Assembly: GCF_018350175.1 (NCBI RefSeq)
Contig: NC_058383.1
Span: 14,324,001 to 14,388,000, forward strand
Length of the DNA stretch: 64,000 nucleotides
Source of the DNA: Felis catus
Taxonomy: Eukaryota
Direction of reading: 5' to 3'
Shown here: in pieces, positions 46,266 through 59,982 of the stretch
How positions within the stretch are numbered: position 1 is the first letter of the stretch
Layout of the letters: each line of letters opens with the position of its first letter
Made by a program: the position numbers and the translations under genes
The notes under the pieces: generated by a model
Told to the model about the DNA's origin: nothing
Databases searched by the model: none
What the model saw: the letters and a program-made list of their open reading frames with translations, nothing else

Positions 46266-49200
46266 AGCTGATGGCCATCAGCAGATGGCCAATCTTGCAA
46301 CAAGATGAAGACAGTTGGGTATGAACTCGTGCCTCCTCGTCTTGTGTGGTCCCCCTTTTGGGGGAAGTGGCAGGGCAGCACCGAGCACAGCGGGCAATTA
46401 AACTGGGGTCACATCCCAGAGCAGCAGAATCTGTCACGGCCGAGACACAAGCAGGGTTTCAGAAAACGAGGCACATCCTGGGCAGAAGGTGACCATCTCA
46501 CTGAGCCGGGGCCTCGTCTTGTTGACCCACCTGGACTGTGTATATGATGCTGGCCGTCCTGCAGCATGTGTGGACAAGGACAAATTAAAGACCACGGTGC
46601 TTAGGACTTCCCTTTGGAAGCCCTTCCCTAGGAAAGAAAGTCATAAAAGGAATCTAGCTCCAGGGCCATCTGAAGTCCGTCCCAGTTGAGGAAGAGAAAA
46701 ATCACAATGGAAGAGTTCTACCTTCCTTTCCTGCCTTGCAGTCTCCCAGTGACAGAGGACTGACCTGTTCGATTTTGCCACCAACAGGGTCTGTGTCATT
46801 AGGCCGGTCACCCCTCCTCTGTAGATGAGCTTTTCATTTTCTCATCCCTAAACCATGTAAAGCATGTAAAGGTGTTTTTCCCAGGAGAAAATTTCCATAA
46901 CACAGCTTTGGGCTCCTCTGATGAAAAGCACTCATTGATGCTCTCATGATCCGGCAGGAGGTGTTGTAGGTAATCAGTTTCAGTGAAGAGTTTTACTACA
47001 GAAGCAAGACGTGAGGCATTTCACAGTTAAAAATAACAACCCTCCACAAAACTCGGCTTGCTTTCCTCAGGGGCCAGTCCTGGAGGAGCCCAGTGAGTTG
47101 ATAGAAGGCGTTCGTTTGGTCAATCCTGGTCAACCGTGGGATTTTACACCCCTCCGCAGGAAGCACTGTTCCGAATACGATCAGGCCTAGGGGTTGGCTC
47201 CTCTTTGCTTCGTGAGCCTTCGTAGATTCCTCCTGTGTATAAACCTCTGTTCAGAGCAGAATAGAGGCTACTCCACCTGGGCTTCAGTCCTTTGCAAATT
47301 CATCCATGCTTGTGCGTTTTTGAGACCGCCAACAAGAGTGGAGTGAATGAAAACGATCGCTGGAGAAGCTGTGAGTGGGTGCTTGTCCTGTGAGAGTATC
47401 CAGGGGAAGACATGGCTACTTCTTTACAGAATTTGCTGTGTGGTCAGATGCTTAGCTGGAAAGAATGTCTAGTAGTGACCGCAATTGATCGGGACTGTGA
47501 GGAAGCAGCAGCATCCTCAACTTTGTCCCTTCCTGGGAAAACGGCAGGTACACCCACGGGGAAACAGAGGATGGCACACGTCTGCTCTGCCTAGCCATCC
47601 CCCGGTGACCGTGGCCTTCTCGCGGTGCTCAGAGCTAGGAGCGAGCGCTGTTCAATGACTCCGTGTGTCTGCAGCACGATGGGATGGAGAAAACATCGCC
47701 CAGGGTCCCAAGACCTGTTTGGGGGCCAGATTTGACCACCGGCTTTGAGCCTCCGTTTACTTCTCTGCAAAAGGGCTAGATGTGCTGCAGACCCATTCGA
47801 CGGGACCTCGGACAAACTGCTTTACCTCTCTGCTCCTTAGATTCTTCAGTAGTAAATGAGGGTAATAATCTCTTTTTTGGTCCATTCGTACAACTCTGAA
47901 TGGTTATGAATGATTATGACAAATGACCTGCTCATTGGATTAGCCCTAGTCGGTATCCTACGAACGGAGCAGAGTCCTGAGCGCTAACCAAGAAGTGGCA
48001 ATTTCAACGAAAGCGTTTTTGCCCGGAAAGAGAAGAGTCCCACGGCCTTCAAGTCGGTCCTTTCCGGGAGGCTGTTCATTATAAGACAGAAGTGTGCTTG
48101 CACATTGGTGAACACACTGCTCTTGGGTGAAATAAATGGTCTTTCTTGACATCACCTATGTACCCTCAACACCAGCCTGGGTAGATCAATTCTTATCTTG
48201 GCGTGACACGCTGATATCGCTGCTGGCTGCCTTGCTTTTGGAAGCAGAATTCCCAGGCAGTGCCCTGGAGCCAGAGCAAGGCTTTGCAGGGTAACCGTTC
48301 TCCGTGATGACAAGCAGAGACCTGCCTCCATCAACCAACATGTGTTATGACAGCTCATGGCAGCCAGCAGGTAAATCTGAATAATGCTGGGAAGGCTTTC
48401 CTCCCCCCTTGCAAAGAGGCTCAGTGTGCTGGGCTGCCAGAGAGCAGATAAGTTTCATTTGAAACGTAAAGGCTTTAAAAATAGAAGATGCTTTGCCTCC
48501 GAGTCAAATGCCCGGTTCCTGCATTATTGCCGGACATAAATAGGGACGCAGCGGTACCGTTAATTTTCCAGATTGATCTGGCGGGCCTTCAGATCGGTTG
48601 CAGCCGGAGAGGTGTGACTGCGGAAGGAGCGGGGAGGGGTAGGCTGCAGCCATTATTTTGGTAGCTTTAATCCCCCTTTTCTAGATGACTCCAGAATGTG
48701 CCATCTTCTGGCCTTGCGTAGGTTTTCCTTCTCCTGCCCATTTCCTGCATTTCCTTCCCCTGCCCTTTCTCACATTTCTTTTTTCCACTCCATCCTCAGA
48801 GCCCAAAAAGCGGTTACAGAAGACGCGCGGATTGAGTTCAGAGCAGAAAATTCCCTTTCCTCCTTTATTCCCGGCTGCCCCATCGTTTTCTCTACGGTGC
48901 AGTTTAGAACTCTGGCCCATCCCGTCCTCCGTGTGTGATTGTTCCCCGCTGTTTTTGAGGGTGTCCTCTGGACGAGATGACTAAGGTACAGACTCTAACG
49001 TGTTCCCACGCCCCGTCAGCCTTTGCCATTTGCTCAGCTCGCCGGTGCACTGGCCAGAGTTCGCCTCCTCCGCACAGGTTAGGGCGGATCAGGCTTTGCC
49101 AGTTTCGCATTTGTTACGTTTGCGGCTCCTTGTGGAGCCTAGCCCCTATCCGTTTTTATGTCCCCTCTTACGGAAACACGGGAACATGTGACTTTTATTT

Positions 49201-50193
49201 CTCTTAGATTAGAAAGAGAGCAAGCAAAGTCCTCTGTTAGTCTGGGAAATTAATTGTTAAGTACTGATGGCCGAGTTATGGTGGCCAAGTAATGAACTTC
49301 GGGCAGTCCAGCCTACGTAAATGACCATTTCCTGCTACCTTGGTGGGCCCCGAGGGGTTCCTCCTCCTGCCGACCCTGCATGGTTTCCAAGGCTGTGGGA
49401 GTTTTACCCAGACCTTCCCAAAGTAGGGAAGTTCGGGTTGATGCTTCGCAGTATCTCTCTGGAGTTCGAGGTGGAAGTCTTCGCTGGTGCCAGTGTGGCT
49501 CTAAAAATAGCTTCTGCAGCCAGGCACACGGGAAGTCAGGGGCAGCGGGCTTCATTTTCTCCCCGAAGTCCGGGCTCCGGGGTCGTTAAGCCACTCGGGT
49601 CACGCATCCTCATAGCAGCCGAGAGGCTGCGACAAGCTTGCTCTGCTGTTATGGACAACAGAGTGCGAGTGCCGTGTGTGGAGCAGTGGCCCTTACGAAA
49701 GCCTTCTGAGAACGGGCAGTGTGTGAGGTCCGGTAAATCTCACCCGCACGGAGCGTCCTTTGTACCCCTGGTAGAGTGCTCAGGTCGGTATTTTGGAGTT
49801 TGACCTCTGTGCGTCAAGTTCAGTGGACCCCCAGATGCCTAAGAAGGAGAAAGGAGAGCGATGTTCCTCGAGTGTCTTTTATGAACGTTGAATTTCCGAC
49901 GGCGGCGGACGCGGTGGCTGCAGACGGTTTGGCAGACGGAACCGGCCGTAGGTTGAACCATTGCTGCGCTGTAACCAAATCTGGGGTTTCAAGTGGAAAG
50001 ATGGGCTCTGAGAACCACTCTGGGCAATCCCAGCTTTTCACGTGGGACGCTGGCTTCGTCTCTCGTCCTAACTCAACTTAGCGAAGTTTGTGAATTTCCG
50101 TATTTATACCTTTTTGCCATCACTTGGGAAGGTTTACAGCAAGTTGGCTTTCACCTGCACGGAGGATCATACGGACATCTACTCTGCTGGGTT

Positions 50194-50202
50194 TTTTTTA
50201 AG

Positions 50203-50233
<31 letters not shown>

Positions 50234-50382
50234 AGCAAGTTGGGGAGGGGCAGGGGAGGGGGCGGGAGGTGGAGAATCCCAAGCAGAGACCAGCACGGGG
50301 CTTGAACCCGTACACTGTGAGATCATGACCTGAGCCAAGATCAAGAGTTGGACGCTTGACCGACTGAGCCACCCAGGCGGCC
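50194..50382 (-). mobile_element. Can-SINE
   Basis: Reverse-complement body gagatcatgacctgagccaagatcaagagttggacgc. Confidence 0.88.
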
Positions 50383-50812
50383 AAACTGACAATAACTATT
50401 AATCCAGCAGCTGCTGTTACTTCTATACGTACCACTCCCAACAGGGACCGACGTGTTATTATGAAGCAAATGGATCAAAAAGGCAATGAGGCCAAAGAAA
50501 GGCCATTAACGTGCGTTTTTTTTTTTTTCCACCCCATCCCCGGCACCCTAGCCTCAGTGAAATGCTCTGATGTGGACACAGACAATAAAACAGCACACCA
50601 GCCATTAAGTTGTTAGGGAGAGTCTTTAGTTTCTTTCAAATGTCTTGGACAGACAAGTGCAGAATATGGAATCCTTCATTGACGTACCAGCAAATACGTA
50701 TTGAGCCCTCGCGACACGCCGGGCTCATCAATTCAGAAGTCTAGGGACCTGCCGCTCAGCCTCGTCCAGGAAGAACGCTCAGTCTCAGATGGCGTGTGGG
50801 GGGTGGGGGAGA

Positions 50813-50846
50813 ACAGGTGTGGCGACAGGTGTGGGGACAGGTGTGG
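50813..50846 (+). repeat. 12-bp-period tandem repeat with core ACAGGTGTGG, 3 copies
   Basis: Copies at 50813, 50825 and 50837. Confidence 0.85.
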
Positions 50847-53049
50847 CACCGGTGGGCTTAGCCCCCCTGTGGCCGAGTGGAAGCCTCGGGGTCTCTGTGT
50901 GTCTCTCCTTCCCTTGGGCGGTGTCCCTGCGCCACCTGGCAGCTCCTGGCCCGGCCACCGTCGCCAGTAGAGGACTCCGGCCGGCCTAATCGTGATCTGA
51001 CCTCTCGGCTTGGTCAGGACCCATCTGCCTCCGCGACCTGGGACTTGTGCTGGTGGCAGACACCTGAGCTCGGTCATCTCTCCCCCTACCCATCCCAGCC
51101 TCAGCTGCCGGCCCATGTTGCCTTCAGGAGAGACCCTCAGCTGTTCTTCTGGATTTCAACTCAGCTGCCCCCTTCCCTCCAAGGGAGCGGGGCCTCTTGC
51201 CCCACGGCCACGCTGTTCCATCATAACCCGTCTGATGAGGCGGGCCCCAGATGGGTACGGGGCCGCCTGGGACAGGCTCCTTCCACAGCCCCCATAGAAA
51301 ACGGAGGCACAGGCCCCCCTATGCCCTCTGTGCCAACCTCACCGTGCAGCACTTCACTCCCTCTCTCTGTGCCGAGACAGGGTGCACGTCACTGCTCATG
51401 GCCGTCCTGCCCCTGTCTCCTTCCCATGGGACCATAGGCAGGAAACCGCGGACTTTCATTTAGAGAACATCTTCCTCCTCCTTGGCCCCGGCCCCCCGTC
51501 CTTGGCTTTAGGGGAGCAAGAGGGTTTTCCTCCAGTTATGAGAGCCCCGTGCCCTGCTTCCTCCGAGCTGAGCGTCACTCCCGCAGGAGGCGGAGAAGGC
51601 CCCAAGAAAACTCCCAAGTCGCCCACCTTGCAGCTTAGAGCAGTGGAGTGAAGGTCATGTAACCCAAAGGAGGCAAGCACGTGGGTGGTGTTCGAACTGT
51701 CACCTGTGGCACACAGGCTGTGCCTTTTCTGGAGCAAAGAGAGGAGTGTTTCTGAAGGATAGCTTCCCCGAGGCCCTTCTTCCGCTCCACGTTCTAGAGG
51801 ACAGTTGGGGACAGCGGTGATGACCTCTGCCTTTCCCTGGCTTGTTTATTCTCCAGCTCCTCTGAGATCCCTGCCCTCCTTTCTCATCTGCAGACCTTGG
51901 CCCCACTCTGGTCCTGGGACCAGGGCGGCCGACACGGAGGCCCCAGCTGTGGTCCCGGCCCCCACGGCGTGAGCCGAGAAACAGTGCCCACCTCTTGAAC
52001 CCTGAGCCACTGCGCATTCCTGCAACTCTTCTTCCTCCAGGGAGGGCATGCTGCTCCCATAGGCCTCTGTGTTGTTCCTGAGGCTCCTGGAGTGGGGTCT
52101 CCACATCGAGACCTTCCGCCCCACCAGTGTGCTCTGTCCCAGAACTCTGGCTTCTTGGCGGCCAGGGGCCTTTCCTTTGTCCAGTCTCTCTGTCCGGGCT
52201 GCTCCCACTGGGAGTCCTAGGCTGCTGGAAATCGTTGCTGCCAAACCTCCCTGGCCTGGAACCACACCTCTGAATCCCGTTCCTCGGCTAGCCTCCTGCA
52301 CCCCCGGCCCCAGCTCCATGGCTCACTTTGGATTTCCGGCCACCCCACGGCTGAGCTCTGATTGGAAGTTGCTGGAACCCTCACTTTGCCATAAGGACTG
52401 AACTTCTCCAGTCTACCTATGGGCTTCTGTGGCTGGGACGACCCCATTCCTTGACTCCAAAAGAGCACCTTAACCTTTCCACCCCGCCCCCCGTCTTTGT
52501 GTATCCCTTTGAATATACTCTCAAGCCTCAAAGTGGTCAAGAATGGTTGTCTTGATGGATCGAGAATGTTTACGTGACCCAGGTGACCATCCTCTGCCAA
52601 ACCCTACAGTATCTCAAAAGTAACTATCCACAGAAAAAAAAATCCCTGATGCTTGTAGACATCCGTGCAAAACGGGAATTTTTGCTTGAAGAAACTTGAA
52701 ATTGCAGAGACTTCAAATTCGAAAGAATATGAGGGGGGAGGAGCAGAGGCTGACAGCCATGAAATTAGAGCTCTATAATTTGTCTATAGGCATTCAGGAG
52801 GGGAAGAAATAGGAGTCATTTTCTGCTCTGCTTCTAATCCAGATGTTGTCTTCCAGCCCAGCAGAGAAGAACAAGGACAGTGGCGAGCAGACTGGGGAAT
52901 TTGAAAATCACCCTGTAAAAATACTTCTTTTTTTTGTATTCATATTATTATGTATTCATTGTAAATTTAACGTTCACTGTAAAAACTTAAAAATACAAAA
53001 AAAAAAAAGAATTAGATAATTACGCGTCATCATACTCCTGCTGACAACC

Positions 53050-54420
53050 ATGATTAATATTTCATTAGGGTCTTACATATTTTAACTTATTTTGTAGTTT
53101 TATGGAAATGGTATACGTCTGTGTTTTAAAAGTCTGATCTATATTCTGCAAGACTCTCTTCACTCTCTAAAGGGACCACTCTCTACTCTTAAAAATGATC
53201 CTTTTTGTCTACCTGTCTCTCTCTAAATAACATACATCCAGTCCTACTTGTTTTTTTGAGATTGAGGCATGATTTCTTGACTTCCCACTACGGGGGATAG
53301 GATAAAAGCTCTTTATCTCTCACTCACACCTACCCCTGCCACATTTTACATCTCTTCTCATCTCTTCCCCATCCTCCATTATAGTTACATTCTAATTTTG
53401 TTTAGTTCATTTAAAAATATTTGTATTATTGTAATAGCATACTGTTGATCCCCATGGTATACGTTGATTATTTCCCCTGCTCAGCTTTTTGTTTTTCCTG
53501 TACTTAATCATTGTCTTTCTATTTATTTGTTTACTTTGTTTTCTATATACTTTAAACTAATTCAACTTCAGACCCTCTGGCTCTTGTCTGAATTCCCTCT
53601 CAATCATCTCAGCCACATTAGATATTCTGTCCAGTTCATCTGTTTGAAGAAAAGTCTCAAGAGTGCTCTGGCCCTTTCCATTGGGACTGGCTGTGCAATA
53701 CAACACAGATTCTAGGGTTCCCTTCCCCTCTCTCCCGTGTTCTGATATCATGTCTTTATTTTCTTGGCTTACTCCTTCATTTTAGTGATGCATATCCTCA
53801 AGTAAAGTTTTTAGTCCTTGCATGTCTAAAAATATCTGGATTCAAGCTTCCCACTTGGAATGATTTTTCTTTCAGATTTTGAAGGCCGTGTTCTACTGCC
53901 TTCTAATTTTCAACATGGCTATTGTGAAGTTCAGAGCCATTTTGACCCTGGTTCTTTGAAGGTGACTTGTCATTATCTCTTTAGAAATCCTTTTATCCCA
54001 GGTATTTTGAAATTTCCTGATGATGTACTTTGGGATTTACTTTCATTAATTGTGTTGGGTGCTTGGTAGAACTTTCCAATGAAAACTCATATTTATTATT
54101 GATGTTCTTTATTTGTGTGTGTGTGGGGGGGGTGTTTGTTCTTTATTTTTGGAACTTGTTTTATTTGTGTGTTATACCTCCTGGGCCAGTTGTCTAATTT
54201 TTTTTCTATCTTTACCCTCCTATTTTTCATTTTAGGCCTTTTGACTATCCATTCTGGGAAATTTTCTTAACCTTCTTTTCTAAACTTTCTATTTCTGCTT
54301 TTGTATTTTAATTTTCAAGCGTTCTTACTGGTTCTCTAACTCATCTTTTGCTACAGCAGCCAGTTCTTGTTTTATGAATGTGATATATTCTCTTAATTAT
54401 CTGAGGCTATGAATGCTATT
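53050..54420 (-). mobile_element. HAL1-like / ancient L1 fragment
   Basis: ttttatcccaggtattttgaaatttcctgatgatgtac...tttcattaattgtgttgggtgcttggt; homologous to 14700-15700. Confidence 0.6.
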
Positions 54421-54444
54421 TTTTCAAAACAAAAAAGCACTAAC

Positions 54445-54765
54445 ATCTTTCAGACATAATGTACAATCAAAGAATCCAGATCCCAAATAGTATACACTGT
54501 TGTATTCTTTTTATAGAAGTTTCAGGATCAAGCACAACCAATCCACAATGTTAGAACTCAAGATAGTTAACCTTTGGGCAGGTAACCACAGAGTAATGAC
54601 TAGGTGAGCACACAGGGAGATTCTGGGAGTCTGGTCATCTTCTGGTTCTTGACTTGGGTGATGGTTAAATGGGTGTGTTCAGTTTTTGAAAAGTGACAGG
54701 GCTGAACACTTGAGATTTGTATGCTTTTTAAAAAATGTCTGTTCTACTTCGATAAAGAGTTTTCA
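54445..54765 (+). mobile_element. L1ME-like 3' end
   Basis: gttagaactcaagatag...gttcttgacttgggtgatggtta...gtgtgttcagtttttgaaaa. Confidence 0.65.
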
Positions 54766-54779
54766 TTAGGAATGACAAC

Positions 54780-56700
54780 TGGCCACATTTTTGGAGTCTT
54801 TATAAGTTCTAATAATTTTTGTTGACTTTCTTGATTTTATTTTATTTTTCAAGATAGAGCATCACATTATGAACAAATAAACATAGCTTTGCCTTTTTAT
54901 TTCCTTTCATTATGTTTACCTTTTTTATTGCCTCGGTTGAAATCTACAGAGCAATATTGAATATTGATGGTGATGGCTTAATGAAATGCTTGAACTATTT
55001 TTACCATTATAACTAATATTGGATGTTTGTTTTAAGAAGATAACAGCTTCGGGAAATTTTCTTTCTAATTTTGTAGGAGTTTTTCTTGAGAATACATATT
55101 TAATGTTTTCGCATGGCTTTTGGCATTAATCAATGTGATTAATTTTTCTCTTGATTTATTAATATTTTGGAATTATATTAATAGATTATCTAAAATAGGG
55201 CCATATTTGTATTCCTGGAATAAACTCTACTTGGTACTGGTGTGTTAGTTGCTAGTATTTTTTGTTAAAATTTTCAATCCTCAATTGATTAGTGACACCT
55301 ATATATAGCTTTTCCTTCTGATTGTGTATATGCTGTATTTCTTTAAAAAAACAAGCAAAAGCCTTCTTGAGGGGCACCTTGGTGGCTCAGTCAGTCAAGC
55401 TTCCGACTTCAGCTCAGGTCATGATCTCACGGTTCATGAGTTTGAGCCCTGCCCCGCGCTGGGCTCTGTGCTTCCAGATCGCAGCCTGGAGCCTGCTTCT
55501 GATTCTGTGTCTCCCTCTCTCTCTGCCCCTCCCCCACTCACGCTCTCTCTCGAAAATAAATAAAAATAAAAATAATTTTTAAAAGAGCCTTCTTGAATAT
55601 AATTCACATGTCCCACGTTTTATCCATTTAAAATGTATAATTAAATGAGTTTTTAGTATATTCAGAGTTGTGCGACCATTACCATGATTTTAGTACATAC
55701 TCATCACCCTTAAAAGAAATTATTTACTCCGTTCCTCTGCCCCCCACAAAAAGTGACAAACTTTTCCAAAAACTTTTCCGCTCTTTTCCAAACTTTTCCA
55801 AACTTTTACGCTCTGGGCAACTTCAGATTGCTTGGTATTTTTCTATTCCTAAAAAAAAAGACAGAATTTACTTGTAGTACAATCTAGGTCTAATGCCTTT
55901 TTGGATAGTAATCTTGGCTGACTTTTCCAGGATTTTAAGTGGTTGGCCTATGCCAGTTTTCAGCTCTCTCAGAAAGCTTTCTGGATTGACATTTCTTCCA
56001 TTCATGTGTCATTAAAACATGTAAAAGCTTCTTTATGTTTGTGGTCAAAGCCCTTTTCAAGTCCTAATGGCACTTACGTGGTTTTTTTTTTTTTTCCTCT
56101 CCTTTTAAAATTAGATTTAATTTTATAATCTATTTAGGTGGCCTTTTCAAAGAACCAGCTCCTGATGTACAGTCCCTCTCTTTCCCCCTATTTGAATTCT
56201 ACACCTTGTTTTGTCCTCTCCCCCTTCCCCTTGGTTTCTTGCTTTCTACCCTTTGAGTTGAAATCTCCATTCATTTATTTTCCTTTTGTCTTGCTTAATA
56301 GCAAAAGCATTTAATGTTATGTGTTTTCCTCTGAGAACAGACCTTGCCACAGCTCATAAGTTTTTATATGTAGTGTTAGAATTGTCACTATTTTCTAAAT
56401 AGTGTATAATTTCAGGTTTTATTTTCTCTTTGATCTAAGAGTTATTTGGAAGTCTTTTTTTTTTTTTTTTAATAACCCAGCGGTTAGATTTTAGAAATGT
56501 AAACATTTATGCTGAATTTCTTGCTTTAACTGCATCGCGGTGATTTTTTTTTTAATTTGTTTATTTTTTAAGTATGAAGGTTGTTTTGGAGGAGGGCTTA
56601 CTGTATGATCAACTTTTATCGTGGTTATTGGGAAAGAAGCTATGTTACGCATTGGGCAGAACATTGGTACGCATTTCTCAGTTATTGGTGTTTGTCTGCT
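54780..56700 (-). mobile_element. Ancient L1 ORF2 antisense fragments, interrupted by a SINE and an L1 3' tip at about 55597-55720
   Basis: ttgtattcctggaataaactctacttgg; ttttcaaagaaccagct; ttttcctctgagaac...ctcataagtttttatatgtagtgtt. Confidence 0.6.
55371..55585 (+). mobile_element. Can-SINE
   Basis: TSD agccttcttga at 55360-55370 and 55586-55596. Confidence 0.92.
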
Positions 56701-57794
56701 CACTTTGCCCCTGAGGAGTCGTGTGATCTGGGCTGAGCAGGGGTGATGCTCTGTCAGCCTTCCGTGCAATGTCTCAAGGGAAGGGGGATCTCTGGGCAGC
56801 ACAGGCTTAGGGGCTCTGGAACAAGCCTAAAACATCTTGCACTTTTTTTTTCTTTATTTTCTGGCAAGTTCTGTTCCATGAAGTGTGGTCAGAGCACTCA
56901 CTCTGCTGAATCCTGGGTAGCTGCTTCTCCATTTTCCTCCGTGTGCTTTAAGAGGATTGCCAACTCTGCCTAGACCCTGGCCCTCAATTCTCTGTCACGC
57001 CTCGTATTCTTACTCGTCCTGGCCATCATTTCCTCTGCTCTCCTTGTTGGTTCAGTGAGCCCCAGACCGTGAACTCCATAAGGGTAAGAGTCACGCTCGC
57101 TTTGTTCATTATCCTCTTTCAAAGGCGCAGACTCCTGCCTGAAATGTGGTAAGCCCACATTTTTTTGCACGAGTTCGAGTTGAGAGTGGCTGCCTGGGTT
57201 GGGGGTGGGGAGGGGGCGTTGTGCCAACGAGATTTCTTTTACTCATCATTCATACTTATATTCCAGGTTTGGTTTGTTTGTTTGTTTTTGTCTGGCGTAA
57301 TACCCTGGGTGATCAGCACACTTGATTCCAAAGTGCACACTATTGGCATTTTTTGGTTCTCTGCCCTTTACATGTAAGATAGCCCGGTAGGGGGCGGAAG
57401 GGGAAGCGGATGTGGAATGGCGAGGAGGTAAGCGGGGTGTGGGTGCTCTTCTGTCCTCCTCTTTGTTTCTGCTTCAACTCTTCTCACAACGCCCTCTCCC
57501 CTTCTCCGCAGATCCCTGGTGGACGCCTAGTGTCCTCAGATCCCTTCGGTCAGTGTCAGCGGACGCGCACTGATTGGCTCTTTCAGCTTCTCTGTTCCAG
57601 CTCCTAACTGGGCTTTCCACGTCCCTCTTTCTGTCTGCACCCTCTCTGCGACTGACTTGCTCATCTCCTGTAAATTCGTTCATGCTACAGTGCTAAAAGA
57701 TCACAGGACACTAAGTTCCAGGAGTATTACAACTTCTTGGGTTTGGGGGTTGTGTTTTGGGGTGTTTTGAGTTTTAATGAGAGTCTTGATGCAT

Positions 57795-57930
57795 CTTATT
57801 TATTCGTTCAGCAAACGTTTCGTGAACCTCACTGTGATTAAGGCACTGTACCAGACCCTGTGGGACCAGAGATGGCTCCACTCCCAGAGAAGACAGCTGC
57901 CTTTCATGAGCTTGCAGTCCATGCTCCCCA
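57795..57930 (-). mobile_element. L2 3' end
   Basis: tttattcgttcagcaaacgttt...aggcactgt...ctgcctttcatgagcttgcagtc. Confidence 0.7.
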
Positions 57931-59139
57931 GTCTGGGTTGGGGAGAAAGCTTTTCCATCTGGACCCTCAATCCCATTGGGCAAACACAGCCCTGAGCAGG
58001 TGATGACTTCTCTTTAAGCGGTCATCATGTTTGCATAAGAGAATAAGTCAACTGTAGGAACCAAGTAGACCTGGATGAAACCTTGGTCCCAGGACTTGTC
58101 CGCTTTCTGGCTGGTTAATTTCAAGGGGTCTCAGATCCCACGAGAAGTCTCAGGAGAGATCGTGGCCCCTTGGGCTTCCGTAAAAGTTAAGGTAGATGAC
58201 GTGTCGTGACTCCATCTACCTGAGGGTAGGCCGTATTGTGGGAGCCAGCGCGCTGTTAGCTCTTTGCGACACTTCTGGAAATCAAGTGTGGGGCCTGGGA
58301 GGGGAGGGATGTTTGTGCCGTTGCATTGGCATTTTAAAATAAGCCTCTTTGTAGAAAGGAGCTGATGACATTTCATCTCAACAGCAGGCAGAAACAGAAG
58401 GCAGGGCCCACAGCCACCCCCCCCCCCCGGCTCTGTGAAGTCATGCTGTGCTCCCCAGTACGGCCCCTGTTCTCACCTACCCCCATCCTGCCAGAGAGCG
58501 CCACAACAAAGCTCATCACGAGGGCCTGTTGAAGACGTGCTGCCAGGCTCGGTAGCCGGCTGATCCTTTTCCACCGCACGTGTAGTGGGACTCTCGGTCC
58601 TGTCTGCCAGCAGACGCACATCTGATTGATCTTTGGTTGCCCCAGGAACGGAGAAAGTCGAGCTCTCCCACCGAATTAAAAGCTGCATGGAGCAGTAGAT
58701 GGGCACATCAGATACCCAGGTGGGGCTAGAGATTTCCATCAAATAGGCAAGGATGTCAGTGTTGGACCACAGCAACGGGGGCAGTAGTAAACCACCATGA
58801 GACTTCTATTTCTTAAGTAGAGTTTTTGGTCGCAGATGGCAGATAAAAATAAATAGAAACTGTAGGGGAGGAAAAAAATCTCCTTTTCTGTTCTTCTAGG
58901 TTGTCAGCTAGGGCTCCTGTAACAAAAGATAACAAGGGAAAGTTTTAAAAAACAGAAGCTTCTTAACATGTGTATCTCTTATATGTACCTGGGAGAAATT
59001 CAAGGATGGGTAAGCTCAAAGAGGTGGCTTAGAATTTGGGCTTAAATGCCACGTTCTGTTCAACTAAAACAAAGTAAGGGTGTGGAGGAAAGCATTTACA
59101 GGAAGGAGACTGGGAAAAGCACTGTAAGCAAGGATAAGG

Positions 59140-59700
59140 TTGTTTTTTTTTAATATGTTTATTTTGAAAGAGAGAGAGAGAGCGAGAGAGAGGGAGAGAT
59201 GAGCAGGGGAGGGGCAGAGGGGGCAGAGAGAGAGAATCCCAAGCAGGTTCCATGCTGTTACCCCAGAGCCCGACGTGGAGCTTGCTCTCATGAACTGTGA
59301 GGTCATGACTGATGAAGTTTTAGGGTGATGGTGGGGTTTGTGGGGTTCGGAGCTGACAGCCAAGAAAGAATTCTTGAAGATGTCTTTGGTGCAAAAAGGT
59401 GTTTTATTAAAGCACGGGGACAGGACCCAGGGAGTTCCTGAAGTTGATTACCTTTTTCCAATAAAATGGTAGAGACTCTTATCAGTTTAACCATTTGTTT
59501 TTTTGTCCTTTATTGTTTCTGGGTAGCCTGGAGTGTCCAAGGGATGTCAGACATATCCCATGGAGCGGGGGTCGGGTGGGAGGCAGTGGTGGTAAGGCTT
59601 GCTTCTGCCTGGCCTTCAATTTGCCCCGTAGTCTCTCATCAATGACCTGAGCCGAAATCAGGATTCAGAGGCTTAACGGATTGAGCCACCCAGGGGCCCC
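59140..59700 (-). mobile_element. Can-SINE split by a solo LTR
   Basis: Tail half 59140-59309, head half 59642-59700; TSD aaggataagg at 59130-59139 and 59701-59710. Confidence 0.9.
59310..59641 (-). mobile_element. 332-bp solo LTR inserted in a Can-SINE
   Basis: Inverted termini TGATGA...TCATCA; 5-bp TSD ATGAC (59305-59309, 59642-59646); minus-strand AATAAA at 59403-59408. Confidence 0.88.
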
Positions 59701-59982
59701 AAGGATAAGGAGTGTTACGCGGGTTTAAGTCAGAGCCTTCTCCGTGGGTAAGAATCTCTTGCGATTTGGAGTCCTCCTTCCCCTCCTGGCAGAGTGAGAG
59801 GCACCCTTACAAATGGATTATCTCCCTTATAAATGTTAATTTCCCTTACAAAAGGGGAGCTTCTACTCTGTTTCCAGAGCTTCTCCTGTGTCTACTGTTT
59901 CTCCAAATAATCAGCTCAAAATAATCTTTATGCCAGAGAGGCATATTTTGGGGTGGCCCATTCCTGTCCCCCACAGTGGTAT

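Larger units (their letters stand above)
58861..59975 (-). mobile_element. MER34-like ERV1 solo LTR, host of a nested SINE and LTR
   Basis: Ends TGTAGGGG...CCCCCACA; cagctcaaaataatctttatgccagagaggcatattttggggtgg matches the reverse complement of the MER34 start as recalled. Confidence 0.75.

Noticed and set aside
55757..55813. aaacttttcc tandem units
   Set aside because: Short degenerate slippage repeat within L1 debris; no spacers.
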